Of a DNA stretch of 48,056 bases, positions 41,261 through 48,056 are shown piece by piece. Positions within the stretch are counted from its first letter, which is position 1, and the number at the start of each line of letters is the position of its first letter. This DNA is from a bacterium (GTDB lineage Bacteria; Joyebacterota; Joyebacteria; Joyebacterales; Joyebacteraceae): positions 1 to 48,056 of the forward strand of contig JALGZG010000315.1 of assembly GCA_025782345.1 (NCBI GenBank), read 5' to 3'. The translations under genes and the position numbers were made by a program. The notes beneath the pieces are model-generated. The model saw only the letters and a list, made by a program, of their open reading frames with translations. It searched no databases and was not told where the DNA came from.

Positions 41261-42307
41261 TTGTCCAGGGAAGAGATCTACAGATTGACGCAGAAGACGC
41301 GCTGCTCCGGCTGAGCATCGAAACTGGGTCCGGAGGACCTGGCTAGCGTGCTGTCGAAGCTTCCGCCTATCGTCGACCCGCGGGCGATGGTCTCGTCGGG
41401 CACCGTCGACGACGCCGGTGTGTACCGCCTGAGCGACGACACGGCGCTCGTGGTCACGCTGGACTTCTTCACGCCCATCGTGGATGACGCGCGGGACTAC
41501 GGACGGATCGCGGCCGCGAACTCGCTCTCCGACGTCTATGCGATGGGAGGAACGCCGCTCGTCGCTCTCAACATCGTCTGCTTCCCGGACGGAGAACTTC
41601 CGCTGTCGGTGATGGCGGAGATGCTCCTGGGAGGCGATGAGAAGGTCGTGGAGGCGGGCGCTCTGGTGCTGGGCGGTCACTCGGTCAGTGACCGCGAGCT
41701 CAAGTTCGGGCTCGCCGTGGTGGGCACGGTGAACCCCAATAGGATCGTGTCCAACGCCGACGCTAAGCCAGGGGACGTCCTGGTTCTCACGAAACCGGTC
41801 GGAGTCGGCGTGCTCGCCACCGCGCTCAAGGAGGGCGAGCTGCCTCCCGAGGGCGTCGCAGTCATCACCGAGCTCATGGCAACGTTGAACAGAGCGGCCT
41901 CCGAGGCGATGCTCTCGGCCGGGGCAAGCGCCGCGACCGACGTCACGGGGTTCGGCCTGGTCGGACACGCCAGCGAGTTGGCGGACGCGAGCGGGGTAAC
42001 GCTGGAGATCGCCGTCCTCGATGTGCCGCTGATCGAGGGCGCCCTTTCGGCCATCGAGAAAGGGCTGGCGCCCGGAGGCCTGTTCTCGAACCAGCACTAC
42101 TACACCGCGTTCGTCGAGTCCCGGACTCGGGCCGACGGGCGCACGGTGGAGCTGATGTATGACCCGCAGACCTCGGGTGGGCTTCTGGTCGCTCTCCCCG
42201 AGGGCAGCCTCAGCGCTTTCGATGACGCGCTGAGCGCGAGAGGTGGAGAGAGCTGGGTCATCGGACGTGTCGTAGAGAGGGGAGATCGCGCCGTGGTCCT
42301 GACGTAG
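41261..42307 (+). CDS. selD: selenide, water dikinase (selenophosphate synthetase) with an in-frame TGA = selenocysteine at 41312..41314
   Basis: The track ORF starts at GTG 41348. The same frame read upstream gives TTG41261-SREEIYRLTQKTRCSG-TGA-ASKLGPEDLASVLSKLP, which is the SelD N-terminal loop with the stop at the Cys/Sec position and Lys three residues later. GGAG at 41250..41253. Downstream are AIR-synthase-like SelD motifs (DDAGVYRL, TLDFFTPIVDD, SDVYAMGG). Confidence 0.8.
41324..41342 (+). promoter_or_regulatory. SECIS-like hairpin 9 nt downstream of the selD TGA
   Basis: CUGGGUCC-GGA-GGACCUGG, which can also be drawn as a 6-bp stem with a 7-nt CCGGAGG loop. The G-rich apex lies about 18-20 nt after the UGA, the spacing expected for bacterial SECIS elements. 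Folded by eye only. Confidence 0.4.
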
Positions 42308-42359
42308 ACGGGCCGAAGTCTGACTCGCTCACAGGATGCGCTCGGCAGCATATTCAGGT

Positions 42360-42457
42360 GGGAGTGGATAGGTCCTGGTGGGCCTCGAGGGCTTCAAACC
42401 CTTTGTCTGGCGGCTGATCCCGTCCGGGGTGGGTTCGATTCCCACACATTCCCGCCA
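42360..42457 (+). tRNA. selC: tRNA-Sec (anticodon UCA)
   Basis: Hand fold of the 98-nt sequence:
- Acceptor GGGAGTG(G) pairs with (A)CATTCCC (7 bp including one G-U, plus a terminal G/A mismatch).
- 6-bp D-stem AGGTCC/GGGCCT with a 4-nt loop TGGT.
- Anticodon stem GAGGG/CCCTT with loop CT-TCA-AA (TCA at 42394..42396).
- Long variable arm (CTGGCGG...CCGTCCGG).
- T-arm GTGGG-TTCGATT-CCCAC.
- Discriminator G and an encoded CCA.
The 6-bp D-stem, 4-nt D-loop and long extra arm are tRNA-Sec hallmarks. Confidence 0.85.
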
Positions 42458-42505
42458 ACGTTTGTCCGACGACCGCAATCCAGTTCATCTGGAAGGGACT
42501 GTTCA

Positions 42506-43477
42506 GTGCGAGCTCTTGTGCTTCTGTCGGGAGGCCTTGACAGTATCTTGGTGGTGCGCCTTCTGCTGGAGCAGGGTATCGAGGTGATCGGCATCAGCTT
42601 CATCTCCTCGTTCTTCGACGCCGAGAAGGCCGAGAAGAGCGCCCAGGATGCGGGCATCGAACTCGTCGCGATCGACATAAGCGAGGACATGCTCCGGCTG
42701 ATCGAAGCTCCCAAGTATGGGTTCGGGAGGAACATGAACCCCTGCATCGACTGTCACGCTCTCATGGTCAGGCGCGCGGCCGAGCGCATGGAGGAGCTGG
42801 GAGCGTCGTTCATCGCCACCGGTGAGGTGGTTGGCCAGCGGCCGAAGTCCCAGATGCGCTACGGCCTCGAGGCCGTCGAACGGGAGGCGAATGTCAAAGG
42901 GTACCTGCTCCGCCCGCTCTCCGCGAAGCTGCTTCAACCGACGATCCCAGAGATTGAGGGGTGGGTCGATCGGGAGAAGCTGCTCGGGCTGCACGGACGG
43001 ACGAGGAAACCACAGATGGAGCTGGCGGAACGCTTCGGCATCAAGCAATACGAGTCGCCCGCCGGAGGGTGTCTTCTCACTGACGAGAACTTCGCCCGCG
43101 CCATGCGCGACCTCAAGAACCACGAGGGGCTGAGCGACCCCGGGGTCAGGCTCCTTTCGATCGGCAGGCAGTTCAGGCTGTCCGATCGGGCCAAGCTCGC
43201 CGTCGGGCGGAACCACGCCGAGAACGAGAGGCTGTTCTCGCTCGATCTGCCGCACGCGCTCTACGTCAAGGCGATCGGATGCAGGGGCCCCGTGGGCGTC
43301 ATCACCGGCGCGCCCTTGCCTGCGGACGAGCAGCTTGCGGGTGCGGTGGTGGCGAGGTACGCCGACACGGGCGAAGCCGAGAGCATCACCGTCGAGATCA
43401 GGAGCGACGCAGGGGCGCACACGATGGAGGTCGTGCCTCTGACGTCGAGGGAAGTCAGGGGGCTGGCGGTCAAGTGA
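42506..43477 (+). CDS. PP-loop ATP pyrophosphatase, ThiI/MnmA-like (putative tRNA sulfur or selenium transferase)
   Basis: 323 aa. PP-loop VLLSGGLDS, cysteine motif NMNPCIDCH, ATGEVVGQRPKSQ, LLRPLSAKLL, ESPAGGCLLTD. Precise function not assignable from sequence alone. Confidence 0.7.
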   Translation: MRALVLLSGGLDSILVVRLLLEQGIEVIGISFISSFFDAEKAEKSAQDAGIELVAIDISEDMLRLIEAPKYGFGRNMNPCIDCHALMVRRAAERMEELGASFIATGEVVGQRPKSQMRYGLEAVEREANVKGYLLRPLSAKLLQPTIPEIEGWVDREKLLGLHGRTRKPQMELAERFGIKQYESPAGGCLLTDENFARAMRDLKNHEGLSDPGVRLLSIGRQFRLSDRAKLAVGRNHAENERLFSLDLPHALYVKAIGCRGPVGVITGAPLPADEQLAGAVVARYADTGEAESITVEIRSDAGAHTMEVVPLTSREVRGLAVK

Positions 43478-43989
43478 TGAGGCGCGCAGGAATCGGGACG
43501 GCAGCCGTGGCGGGCATACTGGCCGTGCTCTCCCCGGCGGTTTCGGGAGCGGTGGGCGGTAGCACGCCATCGCCGCAGGGTGACTCCAGCGGGCCCGGCG
43601 GCACGACCGCGATGGTGGCCTCGGCGGCGTATCCGGGGCTAGGACAGTTGCTGAACGGGACGGAGTACAAGGCCGCGATCGTCTGTGCGGTGGAGACCTT
43701 TCTCGTGGCCGGCCTCGTCGTCGAGGACCGGCGCGCGCGGAACTCACTCAGGCTCTACAAGCAGACGAGCGACGAACGATACTACGACGAGTACTCGGAG
43801 CACTTCGATAACAGGCAGGCGCTGGTCTGGTGGGCCGCCGTCGCGGCGCTCTACGGTCTGGTGGACGCCTACGTGGACGCGCACCTGGCGGGCTTCGATG
43901 ACTCCGCGGCCCCTCACGTGGAAAGCTCCTTCGGAGGGGACGGTGCCGGCGGCGGGGAGTTCCGCGTCGGCCTGACATTCAGATTCTAG
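43477..43989 (+). CDS. small membrane protein, DUF5683-like
   Basis: From ATG 43477 (or GTG 43474). It has a signal/TM segment, the PGLGQLLNG motif, and C-terminal WWAAVAALYGLVDAYVDAHLAGFD. This is the pattern I associate with DUF5683 of Bacteroidota-related lineages. Recognition is from memory only. Confidence 0.5.
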   Translation: MRRAGIGTAAVAGILAVLSPAVSGAVGGSTPSPQGDSSGPGGTTAMVASAAYPGLGQLLNGTEYKAAIVCAVETFLVAGLVVEDRRARNSLRLYKQTSDERYYDEYSEHFDNRQALVWWAAVAALYGLVDAYVDAHLAGFDDSAAPHVESSFGGDGAGGGEFRVGLTFRF

Positions 43990-44039
43990 ACTGAGAAACC
44001 ACGAGGCTCGCACTCCTGGCGGGCGAGGAGGTAAGCAGG

Positions 44040-44675
44040 ATGGGGAAGAAGGCAGCCACATCTGCGAAGAAGACCAAACGGAAGAACGCCTTCCGCGATT
44101 TCGTCGAGACGGTCGTCACCGCGGTCGTGCTCGCCCTCATCCTCAGAGCCTTCGTCGTCCAGACGTTCAGGATTCCGTCGGGCTCGATGGAGGACACTCT
44201 GCTCGTCGGCGACTTCCTCATCGTCAACAAATTCATCTACGGCATCAAGATCCCGTTCACCGACACTCGCCTGCCCGGCATCCGGGAGGCGCGCTATGGC
44301 GACGTCATCGTCTTCGAGTACCCGAACCCCGACCCGCGCTCCCGGAAGGAGAACTACGTCAAGCGCTGCGTCGGGACTTCGGGAGACATCGTCGAACTCA
44401 AGAACAACGTCCTCTATCTGAACGGCGAGCGGAAGGACGAGAGCTTCATCAAGCTCAAGCCGCCGACGCCGCGCTGGGCCGACTACGGGCCCATCAAGGT
44501 CCCTGAAGGGTCCCTCTTCATGATGGGGGACAACAGAAACTGGAGCGCCGACAGCCGCGACTGGGGCTTCCTGGACACGACCCTCATGAAGGGCAAGGCC
44601 GTCGCCATCTATTGGTCCTGGGACGGGAAGACGAAGCGGCCCCGATTCGAGCGGCTCTTCGACGTCATTCGCTGA
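44040..44675 (+). CDS. lepB: signal peptidase I
   Basis: 211 aa. TM anchor, catalytic Ser box IPSGSMEDTL, Lys box YVKRCVG, and GDNRNWSADSRDWGF. Confidence 0.9.
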   Translation: MGKKAATSAKKTKRKNAFRDFVETVVTAVVLALILRAFVVQTFRIPSGSMEDTLLVGDFLIVNKFIYGIKIPFTDTRLPGIREARYGDVIVFEYPNPDPRSRKENYVKRCVGTSGDIVELKNNVLYLNGERKDESFIKLKPPTPRWADYGPIKVPEGSLFMMGDNRNWSADSRDWGFLDTTLMKGKAVAIYWSWDGKTKRPRFERLFDVIR

Positions 44676-44710
44676 CGCCACAAGAGCCCCCACACCGCGC
44701 CCCTTTCGGC

Positions 44711-44739
44711 TTGACACCCGACACGCGACGCGTTATCTT
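44711..44739 (+). promoter_or_regulatory. sigma70-type promoter of the hrcA-grpE-dnaK operon (TTGACA-N17-TATCTT)
   Basis: -35 TTGACA at 44711..44716 and -10 TATCTT at 44734..44739. The CIRCE operator begins 6 nt downstream. Confidence 0.55.
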
Positions 44740-44744
44740 GCGTC

Positions 44745-44771
44745 TTAGCACTCTTATGAGGAGAGTGCTAA
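44745..44771 (+). promoter_or_regulatory. CIRCE operator (HrcA binding site)
   Basis: TTAGCACTC-TTATGAGGA-GAGTGCTAA: a perfect match to the CIRCE consensus TTAGCACTC-N9-GAGTGCTAA. Confidence 0.9.
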
Positions 44772-44797
44772 GGACGGGTCGCAAGGAGCGAGATGGC

Positions 44798-45826
44798 ATG
44801 CGCGGAGTCGAACTCACCGACAGAGAGAGCACAATACTGCAGTCGGTCATCGAGGGCTACGTCCGGGAGGCGAAGCCGGTCAGTTCGAGTGCCGTCGTAC
44901 GCGTGAGCTCGGTCAGCCTGAGCTCGGCCACGGTCAGGAACGTCATGCGCGCGCTGGAAGAGAAGGGGCTCATACTTCAGCCTCACACCTCCGCCGGGCG
45001 CATCCCGACAGACCTGGGCTACCGCTACTACGTCGACAATCTGGTCAAGCCCGTCGGTCTGACGGCCGGTGAGCGGAAGGCGATCGGAAGCGAGCTTGCC
45101 AAGCTGGTGCACTGTGACCTCGCGACCGTCCTCGCGGGGATCTCTCACATGGTCAGTGAGGCTTCCAGGGAGATGGCCGTCGCGGTCGCTCCCTCCGGAG
45201 GGGGGCAGGTCATCGAGCAGGTGGCGCTCGTCGCCATCGGCGCGGGCCGCATCATGGCGGTGGTGGCCACGGACGTCGGCCCGACACGGACCGCCGTCCT
45301 CACGACGGACGGCACGTTTCGCAGGGCCGAGGTGTCCAGGGCATCCGACCTTCTGAACAAGTGGCTGCGGGGCGTAACGCTCTCCGAGGCTTCCGCGACG
45401 ATCGAGAAGCGGCTCGGGGAACAGGACCCGGCGCCGGGTGGCTGGTTGGGCGGACTGCTGGACGGGGTTCGCGTCTTCCTGAGCCCCGGCGGAGGCGAGC
45501 GCATCCACTACGAGGGCGCACGCTACATCTTCCGTCATCCGGAGTTCTCGACCGATGCGGCCTCGCTGGGGGAGATCTTCGACAGCGAAGAGACGCTCGC
45601 CGAGGTCGTCCGTGGTCCGGTCAAAGCGGCCGAGGTGCGGGTGGTCATCGGGGCCGAGAACATCTGCAGCGGCATGACCCGGATGTCGCTTATCGCAGGC
45701 ACATACAGGATCGGCGGCGTCGTGGGCCGCATGGGCGTGATCGGACCGACACGGATGAAATACCCGAGGCTGATAGGTCTGGTCGGGTACTTCTCGAAAG
45801 TGCTCGACGACCTGCTCGCGGAGTAG
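44798..45826 (+). CDS. hrcA: heat-inducible transcriptional repressor HrcA
   Basis: From ATG 44798: MRGVELTDRESTILQSVIEGYVREAKPVSSSAVV (winged-helix N-terminus) and MRALEEKGLILQPHTSAGRIPTDLGYRYYV. CIRCE lies upstream and grpE downstream. Confidence 0.9.
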   Translation: MRGVELTDRESTILQSVIEGYVREAKPVSSSAVVRVSSVSLSSATVRNVMRALEEKGLILQPHTSAGRIPTDLGYRYYVDNLVKPVGLTAGERKAIGSELAKLVHCDLATVLAGISHMVSEASREMAVAVAPSGGGQVIEQVALVAIGAGRIMAVVATDVGPTRTAVLTTDGTFRRAEVSRASDLLNKWLRGVTLSEASATIEKRLGEQDPAPGGWLGGLLDGVRVFLSPGGGERIHYEGARYIFRHPEFSTDAASLGEIFDSEETLAEVVRGPVKAAEVRVVIGAENICSGMTRMSLIAGTYRIGGVVGRMGVIGPTRMKYPRLIGLVGYFSKVLDDLLAE

Positions 45827-45865
45827 GTACGACCCAACGACAGAGGGAGCTGAGACTCTAGAGAT

Positions 45866-46435
45866 ATGACGAAGAAGAAACGGAAGGAAGAAGAACAGCC
45901 GGACGTGGCGCGCGACCTGTCACGCGATGCCGGCGACGGGCCGCTCGCCGGGACACCCGGTGCCGACGTGCAGAGTGTGGAGTCTGAGAGCGAGAACCTG
46001 AGGGCCGAGCTGGACGAGCTGAACGGCAAGTGGCTGAGGGCTCTCGCGGACCTCGACAACTACAGGAAGCGCGTGGAAAGAGACAGGCGCAGGTGGTCGG
46101 GGGCGGCGCGCGAGGACATAATCCTCGACCTGCTCGACGTAGTGGACAGCTTCGAGAGGGCGCTCGCCTGCGAAAATCCGAAGGGCTCTTCCCGGGGCAG
46201 TTCCCTGAGAGAGGGCGTCGAGCTCATTCTCAAGCAGCTGACGGACGTTCTCAGGAAGCACGGCGTAACGCCGATAGAAACGCGGGCGTGCGAGTTCGAC
46301 CCCAACTTCCACGAGGCCGTGGGGCACGTAGAATCCGCCGAGCACGACCCGGATCAAGTTGTCGAAGAGACCCAGAGAGGGTACCTGCTGGGAGAGAGAT
46401 TGCTTCGTTGTTCGAAGGTCATCGTATCGAAGTAA
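45866..46435 (+). CDS. grpE: nucleotide exchange factor GrpE
   Basis: 189 aa. Acidic/charged N-terminus, WLRALADLDNYRKRVERD, and C-terminal beta domain GYLLGERLLRCSKVIVSK. Confidence 0.9.
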   Translation: MTKKKRKEEEQPDVARDLSRDAGDGPLAGTPGADVQSVESESENLRAELDELNGKWLRALADLDNYRKRVERDRRRWSGAAREDIILDLLDVVDSFERALACENPKGSSRGSSLREGVELILKQLTDVLRKHGVTPIETRACEFDPNFHEAVGHVESAEHDPDQVVEETQRGYLLGERLLRCSKVIVSK

Positions 46436-46521
46436 CGCATAGGGCCTTGGCGGTGCGCCGCATGATGCGCGCTCCGGGACGGGCGTGACACCCGTCGGCG
46501 GCCCGAAGGAGGACACACTGA

Positions 46522-48056
<1,535 letters not shown>

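Noticed and set aside
41248-41346. Alternative reading of the selD upstream region as an independent 32-codon ORF (ATG 41248, METALVQGRDLQIDAEDALLRLSIETGSGGPG).
   Set aside because: The other frame gives a continuous match to the conserved SelD N-terminal loop across the TGA and joins the selD body seamlessly. A tRNA-Sec is adjacent. The short ORF has no support.

Overview
High-G+C (about two-thirds by eye) bacterial chromosomal segment. Every gene I can support, about 45, lies on the + strand. All calls come from reading translations and motifs; no searches or folding programs were run.

Gene content is mostly housekeeping. A PorX-type PglZ response regulator, a DUF5683-like protein and a very large LptD-like protein hint at an FCB-superphylum-like lineage.

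Layout:
- 1-8.8 kb: surface-polysaccharide locus (flippase fragment, O-antigen-ligase-like gene, GT4, a 1094-aa GT2-GT4-GT4 fusion, SDR epimerase/dehydratase, WecA/MraY-like priming transferase).
- serS; adjacent PorY-like kinase and PorX-like regulator; tsaE-tsaB-rimI; purine nucleoside phosphorylase.
- accD-folC; MalK/UgpC-type ABC ATPase with a ROK glucokinase; LptD-like OMP; HU; NfeD-SPFH pair.
- recJ; rsmI; CDP-alcohol phosphatidyltransferase with myo-inositol-1-phosphate synthase; tmk; S41 protease; dusB.
- LysM/TPR lipoprotein; ecfA1-ecfA2; pyrR; TPR lipoprotein with a 36-bp tandem array; phosphohexomutase-glmS.
- selD; tRNA-Sec; a PP-loop ATPase; DUF5683-like protein; lepB; CIRCE-hrcA-grpE-dnaK.

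I recognised no mobile element, CRISPR array or defence system, and cannot point to a clearly new system.

Best leads:
1. A compact selenium module. selD carries an in-frame TGA at the catalytic Cys/Sec position, which the ORF track truncates. It has a SECIS-like hairpin, an unlisted tRNA-Sec gene follows it, and a ThiI/MnmA-like PP-loop gene comes next.
2. Frame breaks and short internal deletions in conserved or essential genes: dnaK, accD, folC twice, an ABC ATPase, the wecA-like and wzy-like genes, and possibly nfeD. This most likely reflects assembly problems, but it needs checking.
3. The repeat-rich leader region upstream of the nfeD-SPFH operon.
4. A three-domain glycosyltransferase fusion.
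5. A PorXY-like pair encoded side by side.
6. An inositol-lipid gene pair.
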